Virus record (IMG/VR): IMGVR_UViG_3300025881_001848
Strand: one strand, 5' to 3'
From: an uncultured virus (IMG/VR IMGVR_UViG_3300025881_001848)
Lineage: Duplodnaviria > Heunggongvirae > Uroviricota > Caudoviricetes
Length of the DNA: 64,000 nucleotides
Position numbers and translations under genes: made by a program. The notes beneath the pieces were generated by a model that was not told the DNA's origin, did no database searches, and was given only the letters and a program-made list of their open reading frames with translations. Each line of letters opens with the position of its first letter. Positions within the stretch are counted from its first letter, which is position 1. Below are positions 51,441 to 60,506 of this stretch, piece after piece.

Positions 51441-52148
51441 GTGAAAAATAGTAAATTATTTGCGCTTGTAGCGCTGGTATCAATCTCAATGAGCATAACG
51501 GCTAATGCCGCGCTTATTCATTCTGACTGGGAGGTAGATGGCGATCAACGTGCTACTTTGCATGAAGAAACGGGTATTGAGTGGTTGAAACTTGATAACA
51601 CAATAGGTTTAAGTGCTAATGATGCGCTTGGTCAGTTTAGTGGATGGAGAATTGCTTCAGGATCTGAGGTGACTATGTTCATGAATGCGGCTTATACCGG
51701 CCTAGGGTTTACTAATAGAGCCAAAGCTGGGTACAACCGTGGGTATGGCAGTAAATCGTTGAATTATGGTAATTTGATGGGGTTTACTGCGCCAGGTGTA
51801 TCAAGTCGAAGTGCCGGATTGTTTATTGAAAACGACAATTTGAGAACCAGTACAATTATTTATTCATCAAGGTATTTAAGCCACAATAGTTATAACCATT
51901 TTGCAGGATCTTTTGCGACCGGTGAGGCGGCGAATACTACTGGGTTGGCTGGTGTTGGTGTGTTTTTGGTAAGTGATGGCGGCGTGACGTTGAGTTCAAG
52001 GTTAAATCCGTCCCTAAACAGCAATAATGAAAATGCGCCCATAAACGCGACACAAGTGAATGCGCCTGCCTCACTAGGGTTTCTAGCCGTTGGTATGTTG
52101 GGCTTGATGTTTGTTCGCAAAAGAAAATCTGAAAAACTGACGTCTTAA
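51441..52148 (+). CDS. PEP-CTERM-type sorted surface protein (VNAP)
   Basis: signal peptide; TGIEWLKL; GVFLVSDGG; VNAP-TM-RKRK. Confidence 0.9.
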   Translation: MKNSKLFALVALVSISMSITANAALIHSDWEVDGDQRATLHEETGIEWLKLDNTIGLSANDALGQFSGWRIASGSEVTMFMNAAYTGLGFTNRAKAGYNRGYGSKSLNYGNLMGFTAPGVSSRSAGLFIENDNLRTSTIIYSSRYLSHNSYNHFAGSFATGEAANTTGLAGVGVFLVSDGGVTLSSRLNPSLNSNNENAPINATQVNAPASLGFLAVGMLGLMFVRKRKSEKLTS

Positions 52149-52278
52149 GGCTTTATTTTTTAGTTGAGAGAAGGTGCCTAAGGGTGCCTTTTTTGTTGCT
52201 TTCATTAAAATAAATGATTGACAAAATATACCCTTTCTATATACTTTACGCATTGAAAAGATATGAAAGGCGAAGACC

Positions 52279-52554
52279 ATGAGCAGTCCATCAACAACAG
52301 TTAAGTCACCAGATATGCCTACGGACGTAGAGACATTACAAGCGCTTGTGTTGGCATATCGTGCCCGAGAAGTCTTGCGTGAAAAGCGTGAGGATGACTT
52401 AAGTGAGGCGCTGGGGTGTTTATGCTACAATGTGGGGACAACGAGAAAGCCTTCGTATACCAATTCGTTTGATAAAGACGAGGATGTTACTGAGGTGGTT
52501 GAGAGTGTCTTGTATTTTGATAATGGTGAGTCGTTACCCGATGTGGAGTCGTGA
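52279..52554 (+). CDS. hypothetical protein
   Basis: promoter 52218. Confidence 0.75.
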   Translation: MSSPSTTVKSPDMPTDVETLQALVLAYRAREVLREKREDDLSEALGCLCYNVGTTRKPSYTNSFDKDEDVTEVVESVLYFDNGESLPDVES

Positions 52555-52557
52555 GAT

Positions 52558-52776
52558 ATGTCAAAAATTTTAAGTAGGCCGCACGCGACCGCAAAAAAGA
52601 AAGCGGATGTGCGCTCAAGTATTCGCTGCTTCTTTGGGTTTCATAAGCCTAATGATGAATGGATATTGAAATTTTCCAGTCAAGTGCATTATTGTAATTG
52701 CAAACGGTGTGGTCGGTATATGCCAGAAAACACTCGATTTACCTTTACGGAAGCCGAGTTTTACAAACAGTATTAG
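52558..52776 (+). CDS. small phage-type Cys/His protein
   Basis: RCFFGFHK...CKRCG. Confidence 0.7.
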   Translation: MSKILSRPHATAKKKADVRSSIRCFFGFHKPNDEWILKFSSQVHYCNCKRCGRYMPENTRFTFTEAEFYKQY

Positions 52777-53047
52777 TCGTGGTGGCGGTAAAGTAGCTTA
52801 AAAGACACGCCTTCGACAGCCTACAGTAATACTTCTGCCTAAATAATATGTCGATAGATGCTTGGGCGTAAAAGACCTCAGAATCGCTCTGGGTGGTAAA
52901 TGCTCGACTTATTTCGCAATCATTATTATCGTTAATACGTTCATCCCTTGTGAAGTAAATATCCATCGCTCATAAAAAATAAAAGATTGACAATATTATC
53001 ATTTTAAATTATTATGATTACTCATTCGCGCACACGAGAACCTTATT

Positions 53048-53503
53048 ATGATTGACCTAGCCCGACCTAAAACTCCGTTAGATTCTGCCAAAATTGCTGG
53101 CTATATGGCCGTGATGTCAAGTCGTGGTGAAAGATGTCCTTTCCCCGCATCTGATCCCTTTGGTATCGCTTTTAAAGAGGGCGTAGCATTGGCGAAGGCG
53201 CAACCGAAATTCAAGAAGGGCGAGATGTTCGACTTAGGGCATTATACTGGCCTAAGCGCGTCAGTGTGCTTTGACGATATTGAAATTGGCGATCCTATTG
53301 TGATGATATGCAAGATGTATGGCCTAATGGTGCAAGCAGCCGATCATGATCCTCGTTTAGTGAGAGGTGAGTTAACCCGTATTGCGGGTAAAAGGGAAGG
53401 CACACTTATCTATGCTGATAATGGCAAAAGTACCACCATGTTTAAAACCGATGCTCTGCTTGGTGGCTGGCATCAGTCTTTCGCCCTTCGCTGGGTAGGG
53501 TAA
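53048..53503 (+). CDS. hypothetical protein with RMF/CrpP-like N-terminus
   Basis: AGYMA......CPF.......AFKEG. Confidence 0.7.
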   Translation: MIDLARPKTPLDSAKIAGYMAVMSSRGERCPFPASDPFGIAFKEGVALAKAQPKFKKGEMFDLGHYTGLSASVCFDDIEIGDPIVMICKMYGLMVQAADHDPRLVRGELTRIAGKREGTLIYADNGKSTTMFKTDALLGGWHQSFALRWVG

Positions 53504-53518
53504 TAGGAGTAATTCGAT

Positions 53519-53953
53519 ATGGCTAAAAAAGAAGGGTATTATAGTGCGGCATTGGCGGGTTGTTCAGATCCTACTATCCTGTTGTACTTTGATGGCAAGC
53601 AGTTGTGGACACATGGCAGTGATAAACCTCTAACGGATGAGTTCTTGTTGTTTATTGATAGTGAGCCATTTAATCATCGCTTTGTGGGTGAGGCAGAATC
53701 AGTGGATGGTACGGTTAAAGTCACGCAGACCGCTGATGAATGGTTCAAAGAAGCTGCGCAGGGTGTATTGGCGGTTATGGATCTTCCAAAAGAAATTTAT
53801 GCGGTAGTATTGATGATTAATGGCGAGCGTGTCACGACCTACGTGGAAGCCACATTGAAGTCTGATATTTTCGATGCTGTTGCCAATTCAAAAAAGGATG
53901 TCACTATTGTATCAGTGAATAGCATAGCGAAGCCGCTATCAGAACTGTTATAG
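53519..53953 (+). CDS. hypothetical protein
   Basis: AGGAG RBS. Confidence 0.75.
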   Translation: MAKKEGYYSAALAGCSDPTILLYFDGKQLWTHGSDKPLTDEFLLFIDSEPFNHRFVGEAESVDGTVKVTQTADEWFKEAAQGVLAVMDLPKEIYAVVLMINGERVTTYVEATLKSDIFDAVANSKKDVTIVSVNSIAKPLSELL

Positions 53954-53960
53954 GCATATT

Positions 53961-54389
53961 ATGATTGCATCAGCTCCTACACCACCTCCTACAAGACCTC
54001 CGCAGGAGCGAGATGCTGCGATAACGAGATTTGAGAATAACAGTCCGGTGATGAGTCATTTCCCGATTACCTTATGTAATGGGAATACTGTGAGTATATT
54101 AAACGGTGGGTGTGTGGAATGTAAAAAGGTTGTACCTGATGAGTGTCTGCGCGGTAGCGTGAGTAAACTTGGTGAGCCAGACAGTCCGAAAGTAATTTCA
54201 TTTGATGCCATAGCGCTGTGCACGGATTGCAACTTGTTGTCGCCCGTTTTTGGTCGTATTAGGGCGGTAGGAAAATCGATGCAAATGGAAACCATCAGGA
54301 ATGGCCTGTGGGTGGGTGGATTGATGACCCGTGAAAGTTGGTGGGTGAGGACGCGAGCGGCACTATATTCGTTATTGGGAATGCGATAA
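53961..54389 (+). CDS. zinc-binding hypothetical protein
   Basis: CVEC...CTDC. Confidence 0.7.
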   Translation: MIASAPTPPPTRPPQERDAAITRFENNSPVMSHFPITLCNGNTVSILNGGCVECKKVVPDECLRGSVSKLGEPDSPKVISFDAIALCTDCNLLSPVFGRIRAVGKSMQMETIRNGLWVGGLMTRESWWVRTRAALYSLLGMR

Positions 54390-54429
54390 CGAAGCAAGAG
54401 ATGGATGTTTCACTTAAAAGGATGTAGTT

Positions 54430-54627
54430 GTGACCACAGATGAGAGATTTTTACTGAGAATTGAAACGGTACTGGATACTAAGCGAGCTGAGCTGACAAA
54501 GTGGCAGCTTGAATTCATGTTGAATGTGCAAGGGCTTTTGCGTGGTGCTCACCGCAATAAAACGGCGTCCCCAAAACAAAAGGGCTTGGCGTATGGCATA
54601 ATCAAAAAGGCTGGCGTTGAGTGGTGA
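54430..54627 (+). CDS. small hypothetical protein
   Basis: LTKWQLEFM...SPKQ; GTG start with AGGA RBS. Confidence 0.65.
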   Translation: MTTDERFLLRIETVLDTKRAELTKWQLEFMLNVQGLLRGAHRNKTASPKQKGLAYGIIKKAGVEW

Positions 54628-54866
54628 TGGTGATCACTCGCAAGGTGTAATAACTAATTAAATATAAAAGATTGACTAAATCACTCAAAATGATAAAAAT
54701 ATATTGAAGTCACCCTCTGTATTTGCTATTGTAGGTACATGGGGTTGCTTACTCCTGTCCCGCCACAAGGCAAAGCTACCGCATAAGCATTTATCTTAAC
54801 AACCAAACTGGTGTATTCACATTATACAATGCCAGTAGGAGTGGCGCTTACCGGCGAGAGGATATA

Positions 54867-55499
54867 ATGATGTTACAAAGACCACGTTTGACCGAAGAAT
54901 CAATTAAGCAGTTAAAGCAAGATATTAAGGCTGTCTCTAACGAGCTACGCCATCAAATCAACCACCCTAAACCCTTTCCCGTGACGACGACACAAAACGC
55001 CGTTGCAAAGTTAATGAATTACAGTAGTTTTTCAGAGTTAAGCTTACACAAGGCTGCTTCATGGAGCAAGCCGGATGATCTTGACTTTATTCGCGATGTA
55101 ACCGCAGCAGAGCTATTAACTGTCTATGATGTGGGTAATCGGGTGCAGCATCGTTTAAATGACGTCTTGGACGCGCTAAGAGAGCGTAAAGCTGGCGTTG
55201 ATTCGCAGTTAACAATTATTTCAGCCTCCGCGTTTAAAAATGCCTATGATACGGATGAAATCAACGGCGGCTTACTGAATTTGACCACCGGCCTGCCTTC
55301 ATATGGTGATGTGTACGCAAAAGCGGCCATGTTTGAAGGTTTTGGTGAGGGCGATATGTTCACTGTGTCGCACAATGGGGAAACATTCACCTATACGGTA
55401 ATGTCCTTGGGCGAAATAGGCAGCACAGGTTTGCCGGTATTAAAGGTAAACAAAGGAGTATGGGTAGAGGGCGGCAATGGCGCTATGTGCGTCGGGTAA
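54867..55499 (+). CDS. hypothetical protein with N-terminal helical motif
   Basis: QNAVAKLMNYSSFSEL; ~160-nt structured leader. Confidence 0.75.
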   Translation: MMLQRPRLTEESIKQLKQDIKAVSNELRHQINHPKPFPVTTTQNAVAKLMNYSSFSELSLHKAASWSKPDDLDFIRDVTAAELLTVYDVGNRVQHRLNDVLDALRERKAGVDSQLTIISASAFKNAYDTDEINGGLLNLTTGLPSYGDVYAKAAMFEGFGEGDMFTVSHNGETFTYTVMSLGEIGSTGLPVLKVNKGVWVEGGNGAMCVG

Positions 55500-55632
55500 T
55501 ATAACCTATTAGCCCAGGTCTCTTGGCTTGGGTTTTCACGCATAAGTCCGTGCTTTATGTAGATAAAAGATTGACAAAACACCTCATTATGATAATATAG
55601 TCGTGTATTCAAACACACACATAGGATCACAC

Positions 55633-55881
55633 ATGGCTACGGCACCTACGACTATATCAGTCGCATTCAAAGTTCAAAAAAACAAAAAATATGGCGATCA
55701 TCGCGTTGTAGAATTTTTTGATGGTAAGTGGAATAATGAGCGTGACAACAACTGGACGAAGCCGCAAGCCGATTTAATCAAAGAGCAGTTATCCACAGAG
55801 CTTATGCGTGCAAATAGCGCCATGATTGTCCCCGTATCATGTGACACGGCGCTTTATATCGACGACAAAACTATTATTTAA
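55633..55881 (+). CDS. hypothetical protein
   Basis: promoter 55571, CA leader; start revised. Confidence 0.75.
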   Translation: MATAPTTISVAFKVQKNKKYGDHRVVEFFDGKWNNERDNNWTKPQADLIKEQLSTELMRANSAMIVPVSCDTALYIDDKTII

Positions 55882-55891
55882 GGCAATCCCT

Positions 55892-56221
55892 ATGAAAACA
55901 GAACTCTTAGTAGCCATTATCTCCGCGTCTGGGGCTATCATTTCAGCCCTCATTGCTGGCGGGGCAATATTATTTGCGGCAAAGCGCGTGATCAGTCGTA
56001 AAAAATTACGGGTTGACTATGCCCAAGCGTTAGCCGATCTCCAATTTTTACTGGAAGTCGAAAAAGCGCATACAGAAATAAGTGTTGGCTTGCACGAAAG
56101 AAGCAATAAGGTAGCGATCCGAGATGCGATTAGGACAGAAAAAGGGATTGATATTAGCGGTAAGAATACGCTCACGTCAATTAGGCGCAAATTAGCAGTG
56201 CTCTCGACGCATGATGATTAA
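55892..56221 (+). CDS. single-TM hypothetical protein
   Basis: N-terminal hydrophobic helix; start revised. Confidence 0.7.
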   Translation: MKTELLVAIISASGAIISALIAGGAILFAAKRVISRKKLRVDYAQALADLQFLLEVEKAHTEISVGLHERSNKVAIRDAIRTEKGIDISGKNTLTSIRRKLAVLSTHDD

Positions 56222-56227
56222 GGCGAT

Positions 56228-56476
56228 ATGATGAGTGAAGAATTAATTGAAAAAATAGACGCATTATTAAAATCAAGTGTCCCTGTGTATTTTGTGCACC
56301 CCGACACAAAGGCCTTGATGCCTGTCGTGCGATACGAACCTGATTGGCTTGAGTTTCCGGATGATGTTAGTTGTACGGCTGAGCCTGTCGTATGGCTCCA
56401 AGACACCACGTGTGTGGCGCTTCATAATGTGCAACCCAGTGATTTTAAATGCGGTACGTTATTTTCTTTAGGTTAA
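56228..56476 (+). CDS. hypothetical protein
   Basis: operonic ORF. Confidence 0.7.
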   Translation: MMSEELIEKIDALLKSSVPVYFVHPDTKALMPVVRYEPDWLEFPDDVSCTAEPVVWLQDTTCVALHNVQPSDFKCGTLFSLG

Positions 56477-56496
56477 GATGAACAGGTGGCAATAGT

Positions 56497-56736
56497 ATGT
56501 TGATAATGGATCGTAACCGCTCGGGTATTAAGCCCACTGAAGTGAATACGTGTCGCTTGGATAGTGGCGAGGTGCGCTCTTATGATATGTGTAATAGCAA
56601 TATAGATGAGACGCCACGTTATGAAAAGTTTGATTTCATTGGTGATGGCGTTATTGATACGATCGACGGTGTTTCACAGCATGAATCCAAGACCCGTTAT
56701 AGTTTTTTTGTGAAAAACGCGAAATTTTCCCAGTAA
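56497..56736 (+). CDS. hypothetical protein
   Basis: operonic ORF. Confidence 0.65.
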   Translation: MLIMDRNRSGIKPTEVNTCRLDSGEVRSYDMCNSNIDETPRYEKFDFIGDGVIDTIDGVSQHESKTRYSFFVKNAKFSQ

Positions 56737-56747
56737 AAGGAGGGCGT

Positions 56748-57026
56748 ATGCCTAAATATGTAGAAGAGCAGAACGAAATTGATGCAGTTGTTGACGCCTT
56801 AAAGGCGCAGTCTACTGGTGAGGACTCTGTTGAAGCTAAAGCCATTGATGCTATTGCTAAACTGCGTGAGATTGCCACTGAGGGTGTTGATTTGATGGGG
56901 TTGGCGTCTTATGCAGAGATAGTCGGTGGGGTGGGTGTCAATAGAGCCGGTGTACGCAAGGCGTGTGACTTGGTTATTGCGGCAAACAATAAATTAGCAC
57001 AACCAATAGAGTATAAAAGCGAATGA
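56748..57026 (+). CDS. hypothetical protein
   Basis: AGGAGG RBS. Confidence 0.75.
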   Translation: MPKYVEEQNEIDAVVDALKAQSTGEDSVEAKAIDAIAKLREIATEGVDLMGLASYAEIVGGVGVNRAGVRKACDLVIAANNKLAQPIEYKSE

Positions 57027-57229
57027 AAGTTATTATTGTCAACACCCGATATTTTGATTTTATCGGTATAGGCGAAACGGAAAAGAAAGCCGCAGCCGCC
57101 TTAGTGAGGCATTGGAAAACGCATTGTGCGAATTACCCAGGTGCCGATAAGGATTTGATGAAGGGGATTGTGGCCGAACGTGAGTATAACTGCTTTGATA
57201 TGGAAATGAATCAAGCAGCAACTTACTAG
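57023..57229 (+). CDS. hypothetical protein
   Basis: ATGA coupling. Confidence 0.7.
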   Translation: MKVIIVNTRYFDFIGIGETEKKAAAALVRHWKTHCANYPGADKDLMKGIVAEREYNCFDMEMNQAATY

Positions 57230-57304
57230 GTGCTAATATAAAAAAGGATTGACAAAATTGTTCATTATGATACTATTGTGTAACTAAAAACACACACGCA
57301 AGGT

Positions 57305-57475
57305 ATGATGATGAACACTAAAAAACCACAAGTGGATACGCCAAGAGCGGGTTCATGGGCATCAACGATTAACACTGCACCACTTCCCCCAGCTAAGCCT
57401 AAGCAGAGCGTGCATTTACGCACTATTAGCGCAGCAGAATACAAATCACTACAACCGATATTGCACGGGCGATGA
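57305..57475 (+). CDS. 56-aa hypothetical protein (not in ORF track)
   Basis: promoter 57249, CA leader; ATGA overlap with next ORF. Confidence 0.6.
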   Translation: MMMNTKKPQVDTPRAGSWASTINTAPLPPAKPKQSVHLRTISAAEYKSLQPILHGR

Positions 57476-57864
57476 ATTTCGCACCGATGGACTATGAGCA
57501 CATGACGGCCGCGCAGCTTGATGAGCTTGAGTCGGCTTTCTACTGCGGCAGCTGTATGTATTTGGCTATTGCCTTGCATAGACTGTATGGCTACCCTATA
57601 CAAGCTCGGTTTTTAGACGATGATACGCTTGAGCATGCATGGGTACGCTCCCCCGATGGAGATGTTATTGATATAATGGGTAAGTTTCCCCCTGAGATGC
57701 TTGGCTTTGAGGTGACTCATGAGGATTTAGATGAGGGTAAATTCAAGTGTTATATTGAGGCTGGCGTTGAGGTGGAGTGGGATGAAGCCCCGATAGAAGA
57801 AAGTATTAAGATCATTGAGCAATACTTGCTTCCGCGTTATCATTTTACCACCCTTACACTGTAA
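57472..57864 (+). CDS. hypothetical protein, possible papain/transglutaminase-like triad
   Basis: GSC..LAIAL, HAWV, IDIMG (C-H-D order). Confidence 0.7.
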   Translation: MNFAPMDYEHMTAAQLDELESAFYCGSCMYLAIALHRLYGYPIQARFLDDDTLEHAWVRSPDGDVIDIMGKFPPEMLGFEVTHEDLDEGKFKCYIEAGVEVEWDEAPIEESIKIIEQYLLPRYHFTTLTL

Positions 57865-57934
57865 AAATGATTGACATAAGGCGTCATTATGATAATATTA
57901 AGGTATAGAAAAACCCCGCACAAAGGTAGTGATT

Positions 57935-58207
57935 ATGTCGTATATAATCAAAGGTAAACCCGCAACGGAAGATCCTAAAAAAATCAGTGATGCCGATGAA
58001 ATAAGTGGCACTGCACCCGACAGGGAATCGGCCGATAAAGTATTTGAGCAAATGACGAATGTTATTCTCAGCCAGCTAAAAGTGCCGAAGAGAAGTAGCG
58101 CTATTGTGGCGATGTATTCAACAAAAGACCGGCCAAATAAACATATTCGCAAGGTGCGCGTGCGTCATAATGACGAAGGTAAGTCCATTATTGAAGGGTG
58201 CAAATAA
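57935..58207 (+). CDS. hypothetical protein
   Basis: promoter 57871. Confidence 0.7.
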   Translation: MSYIIKGKPATEDPKKISDADEISGTAPDRESADKVFEQMTNVILSQLKVPKRSSAIVAMYSTKDRPNKHIRKVRVRHNDEGKSIIEGCK

Positions 58208-58224
58208 GGAGCATAGTAATTCAA

Positions 58225-58635
58225 TTATGCGATGACGATGTTTTTGAATCCACCCAGCACATCAATGTGCTTTTTAATATCATAGGTATCGACCAGTTCG
58301 GCACCTACTTCAATCTCCGTTAGGGCGTAGACGTAAAGTTTACGCCCTTTTAGTATGCTATATACATTGGCAACACTGTTGTGATTGATGTAGCTGTACT
58401 TTGTTCTAAATGGGATGGCGGCGATATGCGTTTCATCTATTTTGTACTTTTCCATGAAATACACCAGGTCATGATCATCACTTGCCAACAGTGCTTTATA
58501 CTCCTGGGTAGTCAATACCTGTCCTTCTAATATACATAGCAAAGTGTCTTTGGCGATAAGGTGTGTGGCAAACAGTCCGTGCCCGTGCAGCGGTGAGGGT
58601 TTAACGGTGGTGTGCTTGATGTTATCGATGGCCAT
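58225..58635 (-). CDS. SET-domain protein (putative lysine methyltransferase)
   Basis: SPLHGHGLFA, YINHN..AN, ALTEIEVGAELVDTY. Confidence 0.85.
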   Translation of the reverse strand: MAIDNIKHTTVKPSPLHGHGLFATHLIAKDTLLCILEGQVLTTQEYKALLASDDHDLVYFMEKYKIDETHIAAIPFRTKYSYINHNSVANVYSILKGRKLYVYALTEIEVGAELVDTYDIKKHIDVLGGFKNIVIA

Positions 58636-59069
58636 GATTGTACCTTCCTTGGTGAGTACATAGCATAGTGCATTTTAGTGATTATTCCGCATGGTGGGTA
58701 AATGGGTATTAGCTTTATTTTTTGCCTTGTAATCTCGCCGCGACGGGGCTTACTGCGTCTTTAACAAGGTGTGCTTTGGATGGGTGTGTGCCCGTTTGGA
58801 TGGCGCTAAAGATCTTTGGGCAGCATGATAGTTTTTTGACTTCTCCACGCAGTTGCAGTGTGGTATCCATGGTAATGGCTATTTGGTGTTGAGCTGAGTA
58901 TTTCTGTATGCGAGAGGAGATGTACAGCGCTGGGTCTGCTATTGGATTGGCACCATCGTGGTTTAACCGTCCGTATGCGAGTACGTAGCCCTCCTTTTCA
59001 TGTTTAATTAGCCAGCAGTCAATCAGTGTTTTAATAGTGCTATTCGTTATGCAGGTGAATGTTTAGTGA

Positions 59070-59276
59070 CTATATCAGATGGTATTCCCATCTGCCTCTG
59101 ATTTTTACGCCCGAGATAATACCGTCTTGGCATAGTTCATCCAAATAGTGACTTATTTTATTGTAAGGTTTACGAGGCTTGAGTGAAAAACCCGTGTCTA
59201 TTTTTGCTTGTTTGTCCGATGGTCTGATTGATCCATGTTTGCGAATATACGCTAAAATTCGATTTCGTCTTCTCAT
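59070..59276 (-). CDS. small basic winged-helix-like protein
   Basis: ILAYIRKHG...HYLDELCQDGII...GRWEY. Confidence 0.6.
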   Translation of the reverse strand: MRRRNRILAYIRKHGSIRPSDKQAKIDTGFSLKPRKPYNKISHYLDELCQDGIISGVKIRGRWEYHLI

Positions 59277-59378
59277 TATGAATGTCCTTGCTGCACGATT
59301 GATTGTGCTAAGTTGATAGTCTTAGTATGCCTAATTATCGTTGTAAAATCAAGCTATAAATGCAAAAATGATTGACAA

Positions 59379-59395
59379 ATTATCAAAATGATAAT
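59379..59395. promoter_or_regulatory. perfect copy of the spacer dyad ATTATCA-AAA-TGATAAT (candidate operator)
   Basis: 7-3-7 inverted repeat between -35 and -10. Confidence 0.6.
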
Positions 59396-59429
59396 ATACT
59401 TTACTTATTGTCACTAAGGAGTATTCGTT

Positions 59430-59597
59430 ATGTCTGTTTGGGTAGTAGCATGTGGTGGAACAGAACCCGTTATGACCGTTAAAGGTCGTCGTATTCAGTA
59501 TATGTGGAATAGGCAAACGCGTGAACATGCCTATTACGATTTAGGGCGTGATCTATTCTTGGATAATGCCGATTTGCAGTCGTTAGGAATGACATAG
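59430..59597 (+). CDS. 55-aa hypothetical protein (not in ORF track)
   Basis: promoter 59372; AAGGAG RBS; MSVWVVACGGTEP... Confidence 0.75.
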   Translation: MSVWVVACGGTEPVMTVKGRRIQYMWNRQTREHAYYDLGRDLFLDNADLQSLGMT

Positions 59598-60506
59598 CGA
59601 GTAAAAGCATTACGTTGTCAAGTGGACACACCACCTTCTGTGCCGTCGCCTAACAAATATAATTCCCCTTTGCGTGGAAAGCTTTCACTTTGTGCTATAT
59701 TTCTAATAACGCAGTAGTGTTGTATTGTGTTGCATTTGTGTATGCATGTTCACATAACATGCTTCCATATCGGGCAACCCTGGTAATTCTTGGTTGTTAT
59801 GCCTAAGCTTCAGACGTTTAGGCTTGGCGTGTAGCAGAGTGGTGGCCAAGATACAAATAACTCTCTGGATTGAAAGTCTTCTCCCATTTGTTAAGGATAA
59901 TAGGTTTTTGTTGCTCGGCTCACCGCTTTATTGAACGGTCTGACTGGGGATGAAAAGCGGGAAGGGTTTTGGATATTGTGTCTGTGCCGGTGTCATTTCC
60001 GGTGACAAATATTTACTGCTTCTTATTATCTGATAGCGCCTCCTTAGGGGCAGTGATCACTTGCAGGTGATTAGTGTTTAGATGATTCAGTTGACGGCGG
60101 GAAAGACCGCGATACCTTTACTTAATTAACATGGAGTGTTGATATGTTGCTAAACATTATTATCCCCGTTATATTTATGCCCCTTGCAGTATTGACTCTT
60201 ATTGGTGTCTTTGCGACGTTATATGTGACATACAAACTGTTTTTTGCTCCGCAGCCGGCCGAAAGAATTCGTCAGTTTCACTAAAAAGACTAACTATAGA
60301 GTTAAACTATGTCCACTACAATTACCATACCCGCCATATATATTCCTATCGCGTTTTTTACTGCCATTGGCATTGTTGTTTCGTTAAAGGTGTCTTATCA
60401 ATATTTTCTGAGCTGTTTGCCAGACAAAGAATAAGTCAAGCAAAAAAGATTGACAACAAAGTTCATTTTGATAAACTATAGGTAGATTTTATTAATGAGC
60501 ACACAC

